Origin: the human T2T-CHM13v2.0 reference genome, Homo sapiens
Length of the DNA stretch: 64,000 nucleotides
Direction: 5' to 3' (one strand)
Assembly: GCF_009914755.1 (NCBI RefSeq)
Contig: NC_060927.1
Shown here: positions 25,735-38,679 of the stretch, in pieces
Layout: each line of letters starts with the position of its first letter
Position numbering within the stretch: position 1 is the first letter of the stretch
Notes under the pieces: generated by a model
Databases searched by the model: none
Told to the model about the DNA's origin: nothing
The model's input: the letters and a program-made list of their open reading frames with translations, nothing else
Made by a program: the position numbers and the translations under genes

Positions 25735-25896
25735 ACTTATTTTTAGCTCCCTAGGAACGAAACTGTCCTTATCTCAGATAGTATATTGATCTGCTATCAT
25801 GCAGTTGATTTCTAATGAGGCCTTTAGGAACGCCTTATACACAAATTGGGAAATGGCTCTAGTTTACTCTGAGTGACTAAAGAAATATTTATTTGT

Positions 25897-26063
25897 AAAT
25901 TAGCAGGGTGTGGTGGTGCATGCCTGTAGTCCCAGCTAGTCGGGAGGCTGAGGTGAGAGAATCACTTGGGCCAAAGAGGTTGAAGCTGCAGGAGCTGAGA
26001 CCATGCCGCTGCACTTCAACCTGAGCCACAGAGTGAGACTCTGTCTCAAACAAACAAACAAAA
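25897..26063 (+). mobile_element. Alu right arm only (FRAM or 5'-truncated AluJ)
   Basis: AATTAGCAGGGTGTGGTGGTGCATGCCTGTAGTCCCAGCTA...GAGTGAGACTCTGTCTC followed by a (CAAA)n tail. Confidence 0.85.
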
Positions 26064-26954
26064 GTATATTTGCGAAGAGTTACCAGGAAAGAGTTGATAA
26101 TGGACATGAAGAAAAAAACAAAAGGGTTTCAGATATCTAGCTCTTAGGCAGGAAATAAAAATGTTAGAGGGGAAAATATTAAATATTTTGATATTATTTT
26201 CAAATGTAGTGGTTTGTGAAGATATTTGAAAATAATTCATTGTTGTGCTATATATAGATACCTATTTGTCTATCTATCTGATGGTAAAATCCACATTTAT
26301 CTATTTATAACCTATCATGTTTTCCTACTTGGGAATTGCAAATAAACTGGCTGGAAAGCAGTTTATGTTTGAAATAATAACAAACCAGGGCCAAACAGAA
26401 ATAAACATTCAACCACAATATTTTTAGCAGTATGCTCAAAATTTTATTCTTAACTGAAATATTTGTCACTGGGAAATGGTAGGAAACTGTCGTCCTATCC
26501 AAGTTAACCTTAGCCCTTGAATTTCTTCTACGTGGGCCAATCAAGGGCAAAGTAATCTACTGTAAATGAAAAGAAGACTTCAACTGTGAACTGAAGTACT
26601 TTTTAATTGAGAAGTATTACCCTATTCTATGCTAAAAGACAATTCTCTCAGGGTTCTTATCTAGAGTGGCAGATATCTTCGGGGAAAATCTACTAAACAA
26701 AGATTTTCATGAAGGGAATTTCAATTATGGTTCTGAACCAAACTTCTTCCAGAAAAGTATTTTGTTGCCATAAGTCACTCCTTAGCTTATTCTAGTCTCA
26801 ACATTAGTCTGTAGAATTACAGTGTTTTTCACCTTGAAAGCTTGAGATTTAAGCCACGATTAATTTTATTGTACTGCCTGACTCTGGAAGAAAAACAGAA
26901 TGCCTTTAACATTTCTAGATTATAAAGTCATCTAGTTTATTGCCTGCAAGCATA

Positions 26955-27400
26955 GTTTAGACAGTTGCTAGATTTGAATTCTGACTTTATCAATTTAGTT
27001 TTTTTCTGTGTGTGGCAATAGGCAAGTCATTTAATCTTAAGTTTTCTCATCTGTTTAAAGAGGATAATAAAGGCCGGCGGTGGCTCACGCCTGTAATCCC
27101 AGCACTTCGGGAGGCTGAGGTGGGCGGATCACCTGAGGTCAGGAGTTCGAGATCAGCCTGACCAACATGGAGAAACCCCGTCTCTACTAAAAATACAAAA
27201 TTAGCCGGGCTTGGTGGCACATGCCTGTAATCCCCGCTACTCAGGAGGCTGAGGCAGGAGAATAGCATGAACCCAGGAGGCAGAGGTTGCAGTGAGCCGA
27301 GATCGCCCATTGCACTCCAGCCTGGGCAACAAGAGCGAAACTCCATCTCAAAAAAAGAGAATAATAAAACAGATCGGATTGTTGTGAATGTAAACATTAG
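26955..27400 (+). mobile_element. MIR SINE split by AluSp
   Basis: GGCAAGTCATTTAATCTTAAGTTTTCTCATCTGT before the Alu; GGATTGTTGTGAATGTAAA after it. Confidence 0.65.
27072..27353 (+). mobile_element. AluSp
   Basis: Diagnostic TGACCAACATGGAGAAACCC and CAACAAGAGCGAAACTC; 15-bp TSD AAAGAGGATAATAAA (27057-27071) / AAAGAGAATAATAAA (27354-27368). Confidence 0.95.
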
Positions 27401-27605
27401 CTAAAATTTAGTGAGTGTTTTCTATTGCCAGGAATTTCCTCAAATGCTTTTTATATATTCTCACAACAAATGTATTTACATGCTCTATTATTATCGTTTA
27501 GCTATATTAAATAATTTGTCAAAATTCACATGATTATTAAATTGTGGAATTGAATCTTGGGTCCAAGAATTTGATTTCCAGAATCCACGCTCTTACCCAC
27601 TACAT
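27400..27605 (-). mobile_element. MIR SINE
   Basis: AAATGCTTTTTATATATTCTCACAACAA...AATAATTTGTCAAAATTCACA...TTCCAGAATCCACGCTCTTACCCACTAC. Confidence 0.65.
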
Positions 27606-29453
27606 CAGAGATTCTGCAGAAGAAAACATGTTCAGGTCCCAAGACAGTGTCCAGCACACAAGAGGATTCAGTAAAATTTAGTTATTGAGATTCTGATCAG
27701 AAAGGTGTAAAAAATCTGAAATCTTGCTGAGATGAGATAGAAAATTTATTTTCTAATAAGAGAAAAAAGTCAATGTTGAAAAATATAAAATTATAAATTA
27801 ATTTAAACAATATAAAACTGTACATAGCATAAAAATATTGATTTATTTATAGCAAGCAATATTAGTTACTAACATTTTTATATCTCTACTTAGAAACATG
27901 ATTTCAAGACATATATTTTTGCACAAAATGAAGAGACACTGTTTGAGAAATGTACCTTTGGAGAGTTTTTTAATAACATAGTACTAACAAAAGCATAAAC
28001 ACTAGTAATTTAATAAAACCTTCCAAAATTCAATATCCTATTAGTTGTATATTTGAACAAAGTGAGCCCTTAAATCACTGATATAATTTGAGGGCTTAGA
28101 ATTAAACAATTTCTTTACTTATTTAATTTTAGTTATTCTGGACACTTCTGTTTAAGGCATTTGCCCTGATGTCATCATTGCAAGCTATCCTAATCCACAA
28201 AAATTTAGAAACACTAACATGTGTGATTGGAACATGTTGAGTCATGTTGATTTAATTTTTGTTATTTGGGCATAGTTAACTGTCAGTTTCCCTTGACTTC
28301 ATGAAAGAGACCTGATTGAAGATGCAGTTTAAAGGGCGGATAGGCAAGGTTAGGCATGAGAAAACATTTTTCTTCTTTCTGGGCAAGTAGAATCAAAATG
28401 AGAGAACAGGGAGGAGCTCCTGATAAAGTGCTGCTGTACATAAGAGAGTGATGAGCTTGTGGGGCCTGTCACTGCCACAATTTTTGTGTCAATAGCACTA
28501 AAACAGTGGATAGCACCTTTTCCTTCATTCAGAGAATGATGGCAATTCTACTTTTGTGTCTAGGAAGTAGCAAAATATGATAGTTTTAATCAGATGGAAG
28601 AAGACAAGAGAAACTCTGCTTAGTCAAGTGCTAAGGAAGTGTGTTTAAAGATAAAAGTTTAGATCTCCTGTAGTCTAGCCTCAGGACGTAACTTCATTAC
28701 TATAAATTTCAGCAAATTGATTAATTAATCTTAAGGGAATTAAGTATATATTCTCTATAAGCAAAGCCATGTCTATAATTTTAACCAATGTGATAAAGAA
28801 GAAAACCTTAATAACTTCTCTGTTTGTTAATGTATTATTATTACAAACAGCTGATAAGAGCCTATTAACGGCCAGCTAATGCGATAGACATTGAAAGTAA
28901 AAAGATCAATAGAATACCTCTGTAAACATTTAGTGGCTCACAATTAGGTAATTAACAAATGGAGTTTTTTTTTTTTTAGGTGTTATGTGGAATTTTATCT
29001 AGGTACAGAGGACAATAATATTGTATCCAAAGAAGTCCCTCAAAAGCTTCCGTGTAGTAAAGAATTAAAGGTAGTAATGCTAATGTGGGCAACCAGATGG
29101 GGAGGTGACCATACCACAGTTCTGCAAGATAAAGGTTTTATTCAGTTAAAAATCTCTTTCATGTAAAAAAAAAAGAAATGTTAAATATTTAAAAGCTCTT
29201 GTCTTTTTAAAAAGTTTAACACACTGGCATAATGAATGTACACGAGTGTACAATTATATTAAAACCAGCTGTTTGATGATTACTAGAGTATATATTTTGC
29301 ATTTCTACTCCAGTACAATAAGTAGATTAAGCTGACCTTACACAAAAAGCTTGACAATTGGTACAAGACATATCACATTATCTATAAGAATACCTGAGAA
29401 AAGATAAGCTGCCCAGACAGCTGAAGAAAATGTGCTCCTTACACAGCTTTATG

Positions 29454-29486
29454 TGCAAACTACAGGGTCTCCACAAGAGGGCGATC
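29454..29486 (+). promoter_or_regulatory. Candidate CTCF binding site
   Basis: TCTCCACAAGAGGGCGATC fits the core CCACNAGRKGGCR; TGCA lies 17 nt upstream of CCAC, about where the CTCF upstream motif sits; CpG retained. Confidence 0.6.
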
Positions 29487-29564
29487 ATTAGGAAATGCAG
29501 CGATATTTTCCCGCATGTCAGTGAAAAACAGTATGCAGACACCTCAATTCTATAGAATCAGACT

Positions 29565-29587
29565 CCCCCGCTCCCCTGCCCTGCCCC
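29565..29587 (-). other. Canonical G-quadruplex / i-motif-forming sequence
   Basis: + strand CCCCC-GCT-CCCC-TG-CCC-TG-CCCC; the minus strand has four G-tracts of at least 3 with loops of 2, 2 and 3 nt. Confidence 0.7.
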
Positions 29588-30339
29588 GCTTACTAATATA
29601 TATTCTACGGAAGAGACAATCTTTTATTTTTTTTACTAATATATCAAAACATATTTAAGGATGAATTATTATGCAATAATCAACAATGTTATGTAATTAT
29701 GGATATTTATAAAACTCCTTTATGAGGTCTTAATTTTCTCTACCTTTTATAGGAGCATTTTGGGAAATGGTGTCCTAACATATTTTCTATAGGTTTGCAA
29801 GAATTTAAAGAGAAATGTGATGAATAGTTCACTAAATTAAGGAACATTTTGATATGTACCTTTAATAATTACTGCAGCTGCTAGTGATGTTATTAAAAAT
29901 TATAAAAATAATCATATTTAATTAATATGCAATATTTTTATTGAAAAGTGTAGTTAGTAATTTTGAGTAACAGAAGACAGGATGCATATTAAAACATAGA
30001 GGGAATTCCAGGCATTTGTTTGCATCAGAACTTAGATACACAACTCTAGAAAAACTGAAAAATAAATTAAAAAACAGTCAAAGGATTTTCCTTAATTTTA
30101 AGCATAAGCCTTTCATTTTAGAAATTATAATGTCTTGATATAAACCTAAAGTGCATCGACTTAATATAAATAGCACTGTTTCTAGATTATTTCCCGTTCA
30201 TTATTTCAAAATTGTTAAAATTTCTTAATGAAATAGAGGCAGGTTTCCAAACCTTTAATGATGTGATTAGTAAAAGATGATACTCCTAACCAATTTTTCT
30301 TTCTCTCAAATAAAGTGACATGAATTACTTCAGTATCCT

Positions 30340-30505
30340 TCTTTTCCAGCTTCTTTCTCTTCCTTCCTTCCTTCCTTTCCTTCCTTCCTTCTTTCCTTCC
30401 TTCTTCCTTCCTTCATTTCTTTGTTCCTTCCTTCTTTTCTTCCCCGCTTTCTCTCTCCATCCCTGCTTTCCTTATTTCTTCCTTCCCCCACCTTGTTTCT
30501 TTTCT
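30340..30505. repeat. (CCTT)n / CT-rich low-complexity tract
   Basis: Read directly from the sequence. Confidence 0.9.
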
Positions 30506-32723
30506 CTAATTATCAAGTAGAAATGGATGCTAAGCTAAGCTTGTGATTTTTGAAATTTGAAAGACTAATAATAATAAAATAAGGAGTGAATCAAGGAAAA
30601 ATTTAGAAAAAAAGTCTTTTGTTGGAGAAACAAAAGGTGTAATAAAGACAACTTGAGTAGCCTAACTCATGTTAATCTACCCCAAACAATATTGATAACT
30701 GTTTATCAAGTGCTGATATACTGCTGAAACACGTCTTTCTAAAGACTTGTTAATTAAGTGGACATTTTTGTGATTTCCTGGTACCAAGGGTATCCCAATT
30801 TACATATGTTTAAAACTTATTTACTTCGATTGTTGGTGGGAGTTCAACAATTTTGGAAAGGAAAAAGGTTCTTTCTGTCGCCTTCTGTCATGGTGAACAA
30901 TAGCATCACAATACTAAACTCAACTAGTGTTAATGACGGTTGTGTTCAATTTCACAGTAAATTTGATCTGTTTCTCATGGGGCAAGACTTTAATTCTGCT
31001 GATTATTCGATATGGGAAAGCACTCTGTCACTATAATATCTGCTATGTGATCCATGTATAACAGAATGACTTCTAAATTGATTTAGAATTATTCATTATA
31101 AACATCCACTATCTTGTTAAACTGGATGGATTAATTTTACTCATAAAAGTGATGTAGCGTTTATGCTACTGTCCAGGCTACTTTGCCTGTAACTCTGGTG
31201 AGAGAAAATATCAGAATGTAGAATGATTTAAAGCTTGTTTTATTTAGTAAGCCATGTAGAAGTTAAATTGTAGTTCTTCGAGTCACATTTTCCAAAATAT
31301 ACAAAGTCTTAACAATGTTGTAAAAATATGCAAGTTTAAATTGTATATACCGGATTGTTATATTTAATTACTTTGAAAATAAACACAGTGAGCACATTGT
31401 AAAGAGAGTAACAGGAAAGGTAAGAAGCACATCTTTAACTCTGATTAACTTTCTTTACTTAACAACAAAAGGATCTTTCTTTCACCAACAGGGGAACACT
31501 CAGTATTCTAAGTAAGACTAGTGATATTTAATGGCTATAAATTTTAACATCCTTTCTTTGTGAAGAAGAATTATCTGGCTTGTAATTAATAATAACCAAA
31601 TGTTAACAAAAGCTAATTATCTCTAAGCTTATTTTGGGAATGCTTATGATAGGAAACTATTATTTTGATTCCATTAGATCACTGTGTGTGTGCATGTATT
31701 TGTGTTTTGCAATGACATATTTTACCCATATTTTAATAAACCTTATGGGAACAAAATTGAGAAGTTAATTTGGCAATATTGGGAAAAACTAGAGTAAAAT
31801 AATTAAATGTACAGTTGGATACAAATGATAGGATGACTCATTTGTTTTCCAAAATAAAATTCTAGAAAACTTGTTTTCCTCGCTTTTAGTAAAGTCATTT
31901 TTATTTTTAACATACTTAGTTTCTTTCATAAAAGGCAAAATGTATTAATTCCCAGTTAACAAAAGAAAATACATCTCATAATGAAGAAATCTACAACCTT
32001 ATCTGAATTTCCTTATACATTTTGACAAATTATTATTTAAATCATATACCTCAGGTTATTCATATAGAAAATGCAACCAATAGAGAAAAGTATAAGATAC
32101 AAAGTTGTCACTTAGAATTCCTAACCCCAGTGGTCCCCATTGTTAGCATTAGATGAACAAGTACTAACCTTGCTTTTATTTTTCCTCTAAAAATTGGCAC
32201 TTTCCAGGTCAATGACTAAAAATAAACGTCATCATTTTTAATAGCCGACTAGTCAATTTTATTGATATGCCATTATTTATTTAACTAACTTTACACTTAC
32301 AGAAATTTAGTTTGTTTCTAGTTTGTCACTATTACAAACAACGTTTTAATGAACAATATTGTACATTTGTTCACTGAATTATCATGCTGTTGAGATTAAG
32401 TTCTAGAAACAAAATTTGCTGAATCAAAGAGAACACACATTTCATAACTTGATAATTATCAGCCTGTTTACCTAAAAATTGTCTCCAATACATACTCTCA
32501 CTAACAGTTACCACATTCTCAGGAAGATTACATACTATAATTCACAGAAAAATTTTCCAATCTAGAAGATAAGAATATTCATGATTGTATTTATTCTCAT
32601 TTATTTGGTTGTGAAATAGATGAACGCATTTGCATGTGTTTGCTTGATACATTTGCTTTTCATAAATTTTCTGTTCCAATCATCTGCCTATTTTTCTATT
32701 GGCGTTGTGTATTCTTTTTCTAG

Positions 32724-33092
<369 letters not shown>

Positions 33093-33267
33093 CATTTATT
33101 CATTTTTTTAAAACAGGTTGTTTTTACGTGGAAAGGCAAGCCAATTAATCTTTCTATTTATTTGTTTTTGGCTATAAATCATAATTAGAAAGACCTTCAT
33201 GTCTTAAATAGTGTCTAAAATACATCATGCAAGATTCTTCCATTACTTTTGTTGTTTTAGAAGTGAA

Positions 33268-33352
33268 CTTCCTTTCCCTTCCCTTCCCTCCTCTTCCATT
33301 CCCTCCCCTCCCCTCCCCCCGCTCCCCTCCTGTTCCTTTCCCTTCCCTTTCT
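33268..33352. repeat. (CCCTT/CCCCT)n pyrimidine tract
   Basis: Read directly from the sequence. Confidence 0.85.
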
Positions 33353-33414
33353 TTTGTTTTTTGATGTAAGAACTGTGACAGAAATTCCAGTATAATTTTT
33401 GTTCCTCAAATTGC

Positions 33415-33645
33415 AGTATGTGTTTGCAGTTAAAAGTTTGGGCTTTGGATGCAGATATACTTCAGTTCAAATCTTGGTTCTATCACTTGTTACTACCTCT
33501 ATGAGTTTGGGCCTAACCTCTCTATACCTCTATTTTCTTATCGGTAAAATGAGCCTAATGTGTATAATACCTAGTTCACATGGTTGTTGAGATTGTTGAA
33601 TAAAGCACAGTGACTGGCACATTGTAAGCACTCAGTAAATGATGA
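33415..33645 (+). mobile_element. MIR SINE
   Basis: GGCTTTGGA...GTTCAAATCTTGGTTCTATCACTT...TAAAATGAG...GACTGGCACATTGTAAGCACTCAGTAAATG. Confidence 0.75.
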
Positions 33646-33892
33646 TTCCAGTCATCACTGATAGTATTGGGAGCCATTTAACAAAAAGTCTTTTTTTCTC
33701 ATTGATTCATAATATTAGCTTTATCATGTTTAAATTCTGCTTTACATTTCTTTTTATTTCTAGATTATAGTATGTTTTATTTTTCTATTTGTCTATTATA
33801 ATAAGAATAATCATAGTTTTAATAGATAGTTTTATGCTAAGTTTAGATTTCAGAAAGAGTGCGTTCTCTTTTATGCTTTCAGAAATTATCTG

Positions 33893-34240
33893 GAATTTGG
33901 AATTTAAATCAGCTGCAGGTCTTCAGATTTCGAGTACAGTATGCCGTTACATAACACCTCCACTTACTCATCTCTGTTCATTCTTCAGTAACATAACCCC
34001 CAACAAAATTTTGCTGGGAAAAAATGCATACTTTTCAGGGAAAATACACAGTTCAATATAACTTTTTAAAAAATTGTGAAAACATCAAAATGTAGATGAA
34101 TCAAGTTTTAATATACTGTATGATGGGTGGATGAGACTGTCCATTGCACTATTTGTTTGAATTTTCAGGCATGGTTTGGCAGTGCAAGAACTCTGTAACA
34201 TTAACAAATTCAATAAAAAGTAAATATATGGAGAAAAAAA
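33893..34240 (+). pseudogene. Short processed-pseudogene insertion (mRNA 3'-UTR retrocopy), probably with inverted 5' segment; parent gene not established
   Basis: AATAAA at 34212-34217, A-tail at 34232-34240, 12-bp TSD AGAAATTATCTG (33881-33892) / AGAAATGATCTG (34241-34252); the flanks rejoin as old antisense L1. Confidence 0.65.
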
Positions 34241-34314
34241 AGAAATGATCTGTACGTTAGTCTTGCATTACATTCTAGATAAAGTATAAAATAATTCCAT
34301 CAGATCTTACTACC

Positions 34315-35352
34315 TTCATTCCTTAAACACATACAGTAAGTGTAGTAAATGTTCCAGACAATATTCTAGGTGTGGGAAATAGGCCAAAAAGTAAAACAAG
34401 CAAAAATTCCTACTTTTATGATGCTCGAATTTTAATAGGGGAGACAGAAACAAGCGAAAGAAAAATAGTATGCTATACAGTGATAAGGACTATGGAAAAA
34501 ACAAAGTAGGGAAAGAGTAGCTTGCATTTTAATTAGACCTTACTTAGAGCGCGACATTTCGGCTAAGACCTGGCAAACTTGAGGGAACAAACCATGTGAG
34601 TTTGTGGGAAGAACATTCTGGGAAAATGCAACTGTGAGTGCTGAGGACCCCAGAAGAGAACATGACTGGAGTGTTGGAGGGACGTTAGGAATTTCACTGT
34701 GAAGAAAACCAAGGGTAAAAATAATAGTAGAAGAGATCAAATGATAGAGTAGAATAGGTCAGGTCCACCTCAGGTATCAGAGGGTAAGTAAACTGAGAAG
34801 GCATTGGAGAGTTCTGGGCAAAGTGATGTAATCTGATTTAAGATGAAAGGGCTCAGCTTGTTTGCTTGGTTGAGAATAGACTGTAGGGGGCAAATGCCAA
34901 TAGAGGTAGAATAATTAAAAGTGAATTGCAATCACCTACATGAGAGATGACAACGATGGCTTGAATCAGTGAGGCAGAGACGGGAAACATAGTTGGATTG
35001 TTAATACACGTATTTGAAGGTAGAGCCAACAGGACTTGCTTTCAGATGGGATGTAGGGAGAGTGAAAGATATTTGAATCAACAACGATTTCAGAGATCTT
35101 GTCCCGAAGATCGCAAAAGCTGGGTTGCCATTTAATGAGACGGAGGAACACTCAGAAGAACAGGCTAATTGAGAAACAGAAGTTCAGAAAGTTTTTTTAC
35201 TAGATGTTTAATTTTGAGAAGCCTTAGATGTCTAAAAAGGCTATGCTGGTCTGTATTTAAGTGATGTTGGATATACTGGTCTGCGTTTAAGTGAAGAAGT
35301 CTAGGAAAAAGATATAAAATTGAGAATTGCCAGACAGAGATGTCATTGAAGG
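34315..35352 (-). mobile_element. L2 LINE
   Basis: Antisense L2 3' end and body (GGGAAGAACATTCTGGG, GGCATTGGAGAGTTCTGGGCA, ATTTGAAGGTAGAGCCAACAGGACTTGCT, GTTGCCATTTAATGAGA). Confidence 0.8.
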
Positions 35353-36619
35353 AATTAGTCTTTGTTATTTGAATAAATAAAATTTCATTTCTGAAGTGTC
35401 AGAGGATTTTGCAACTATCTTATGCTATGAATTTCTATCCAACTCCATTTAAACCTTTTTCTCCTCAATTCCTTCCATTTAAATTCCTTTCGTTATAATA
35501 ACGGTAGCCACAATTACATAGCAATAGCTATATGTCAAGGATAGAGAAGTTGAGAAAATTATGAAAAGATATGCAGGAAGTCAATATTGTTTGGCTGTGG
35601 GAGGTAGTAATGGAGAAGCAGAAATCAATTATCAGTGACTACCCAGGATATTTGAAACCCAGAGTCAATCATTTTTTGACCTCATTCTCCTCTATCTGAC
35701 CAGATTATCTTATGTCATAATTAGAATAATCAGTAATTATCATTATTTTCTTGATTCATTCTTTAGCTGTAAAACAAAATTTAACAATTAAAAAGAATTA
35801 ATTTCAAATTTAAGATGTTAAATTCAATAAATATTTTGTGTGTAAACTAACATTTGCTTTTACCAAACAAAGTTACATGTTAAAGTTAATTTTCTTTTGC
35901 TGTTTTGAATTTTACATACACACATGTGTACTAATACATGCATTCACACAGACTGAGAACTGAGTCCACTGAGCTTCTGTTTTTTGCCTTTTTGGTCAAC
36001 ATGGTATCAGTGGCCTAAATCTATGCTTAAATGTAAGAATATGGGGTAACACCAGGTTTGGAATGACAAGTTTCATTGTAAGAGAGCTTCAGTGATTCTG
36101 AACTTTAAGAGTTTACTGTGGAACTGAATGTGTGTCACTGGGTCCACATGGCTTAGTATAACTAATAGCTGGTTGTATAACTTGGGAGTTCCTTGAGTTA
36201 ATTTTCATATAAAACACACTGTTTACTAAAATGTAAGTTAAAAATATGTGCTGATTTGAAGATTTTATTAGGGCTTGTCAATAAGCACAATTATCTACAA
36301 CTTACACCAACAAAAGATTATTTAGAAGAAAATATTATAGCATTGACAGTACATGACGAAAACAAAAGCAGACTAAATTTTAAATTGATTTTATCATTAT
36401 TTAAAAAAATTAAAGATGCTGTATCTCCTTATTGCTTACCCTCAGGACAGATACTCCTACTACCATGCCCTTAATATATCATTGTCAGGATGACATCCCT
36501 GGTTATGTTCTAGGCAGTCGTTTTTAAGACAGTATCACTTTAATAAAATATAGAATACAGAATATTTCACTAAATGAAATATAGAATACAGAAGTTGTAC
36601 CCATTAATGGGTACATTAA

Positions 36620-36686
36620 TGAATTCTGCTCATTTAACATGCTCCCCAGATGAACTCAATGCACAGTAAAGTCTTGAGATCCACCA
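36620..36686. mobile_element. MER5-like fragment
   Basis: TTTAACATGCTCCCCAGATGA...ATGCACAGTAAAGTCTTGAGA. Confidence 0.5.
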
Positions 36687-36774
36687 GATTTAAGAAGTGG
36701 ACAGAAAAGAACAAAGCAGAGATGGAAGGATCAGAGAAACAGGGGGAGAGCTAGAAGAATCCTAAGGGGAATGA

Positions 36775-37085
36775 CCCTACTTCCTGTGCCCTTGAAATTA
36801 GAGTTGACTCTGATTTCTGCCTACTAAAATGTAAATGAAAGAGAGATGGGTCACTTTTGGGCAGTAGCTTCAAGGGCACCATATGTGTAACCAAATTCTC
36901 TTTTCCCTTTGCCATAATGAAAGGTAATAAAACTCAAAGAGGTTATTCTATTAGCCTGGAGCCTGGAGTGCAAAGATGTTGAGAAGAACCAAGATTACGT
37001 AAGTAAGAAATAAACAATCCTGTTATAAGCTAAAGAGTTATGGGAGTTGCTTATTACAGCAGTATGACCGAACATCTTCTGATAT
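36775..37085 (+). mobile_element. MLT1I/J-like MaLR LTR
   Basis: ACTTCCTGTGCCCTTGAAATTAG...AGAAATAAAC...GTTATAAGCTAAAGAG...GCTTATTACAGCAGTAT. Confidence 0.65.
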
Positions 37086-37702
37086 GTCTAAATTATTTTA
37101 AGAAGCATAGAGTAAGAAAAAACTTAAAATGTTAAATAAAGATCAAATAAGGTAAGGAAGATAGAAGAATGTCTAATGAATTTATCAGTGAGAAGGTCAA
37201 TGGTTCACTAACAAGAACAGTTTCAGCAGAGTGGTGAGAGTATAAGTCAGAAAGATTAATTATCCTGCAAATCATAAGTACTGCATGGACATCCTTTGAT
37301 ATGCAAACAGAAAAGGACCTCCAGGTCTCATCTTTTTCACTGCACATGGCAGGTCAAATTAGAAGTCTATGAATTTGAATTATCAAGCTTCATCTTCCAA
37401 TGAAGATTAAAAAATAATGAGATTGCCGAAGGCATTACTTAAACGCTCAAGGATAAGTAGTCAGGTTTTATTTTTTTCAACTTTATGAAGAATATTTAGT
37501 TTTAAATACTAATGTTCTTTAAAAATATTTATCTCTGAATTTGTTAAACTATGAAACAAATTATGAAAACCACAAACTATGAAAACTCTGACTTTTGTGA
37601 GGGGGTGTGGCTGAGGGATTCTAGACTTGGGAAATATGATGACATGAGCATTGCTGAGGGATCCCCAAGTTACTCTTTTTGAAATGAGGAGCCATAGAGA
37701 AG

Positions 37703-37830
37703 TCTCTCTTCCTCCCTCCCTCCCTCCCTCTCTCCCTTCCTTCCCCTCTCCCTTCCTTCCCTCCCTTCCCCTCCCTCCCTCTCTCCCTCTCTCCCTCCTC
37801 TCTCCCTCCTTCCTTTCTTCCTTCCTTCCA
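37703..37830. repeat. (CCCT/CCTT)n pyrimidine tract, adjoining an antisense L2 3' end (to ~37950)
   Basis: Read directly from the sequence. Confidence 0.9.
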
Positions 37831-38021
37831 CAATTATGAAGTACCTACTATGACTACCATGAATCAGACATCCTGAGATGCACTGAGGTATTCAATGGAG
37901 AATGATCATAAGCACTCCCTCAACCTTCATAGGGCTCACAGGCAAGTGAATTTCATTGAAAATTAATACTAACATTTTAAAGTTCAAAGTGCAAAATTTC
38001 AATATGTCTTCTATTTTCTAC

Positions 38022-38545
38022 ATGTGATCATTTAAATAGGTATGCAAATTTTTTGATATTCCTTCATTCAAGAGGTGTTGCTCAATTTTCTCCCCCTTGA
38101 GTGGGAGTTGAAGTAGTGACATATTTCTTACAAATAAAATACAGAGGAAATGATCATATGTGACTTTAGAGACTACTTGGATTAAAAGACATTGTAGCTT
38201 CTTGCTTTATCTCTCTTGGATTATTCACACTGGGGAAAGCTGGCTGCCATGTTGCAAAGGTACTCCTGCAGTCCTATGGAGATTTCCATGTTTCAAAAAA
38301 CTGAGACGACCAGCCACTGGTGACTAGCTATGTGAGTGAGTCTTCCTGGAAGATGAACCTCCAGCTTGAGCCAAGCCACCAGGTGATTGAAGCCCCTACT
38401 GACTTTTTTACTGCAATCTCAGGTAAAACCCTGGGCTAGAACCATCTTGCTAAGTTACTCCTGGATTCTTTACCTTTGGAGACTATGTAAGATAATAAAT
38501 AATTGTTGTTTTAAGCTGCTAAATTTGGGGTTAATTTTTTGCACA
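38022..38545 (+). mobile_element. MLT1F-like MaLR LTR
   Basis: CTGGGGAAAGCTGGCTGCCATGTTG...GCTAAGTTACTCCTGGATTCTT...TTGTTGTTTTAAGCTGCTAAATTTGGGG...CAGCAATAGAAAACTAAT. Confidence 0.82.
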
Positions 38546-38679
38546 GCAATAGAAAACTAATGTACTTCTGTTGTACAAGATGAGTTCTCTCTCTTACTTT
38601 TTTTTCTGTCTTGCACAAACACTGTATTAATACCCACACAGCATAATTAAATCCCCATTATTCCAAAAATACCACATTT

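Noticed and set aside
27047-27397. 116-aa ORF, plus similar ORFs at 53495, 59255, 59320 and 59905
   Set aside because: Translations of Alu sequence
35243-35294. Small local duplications (30-bp period here; also ~23886-23915 and ~36546-36592)
   Set aside because: Ordinary slippage duplications with no sign of function
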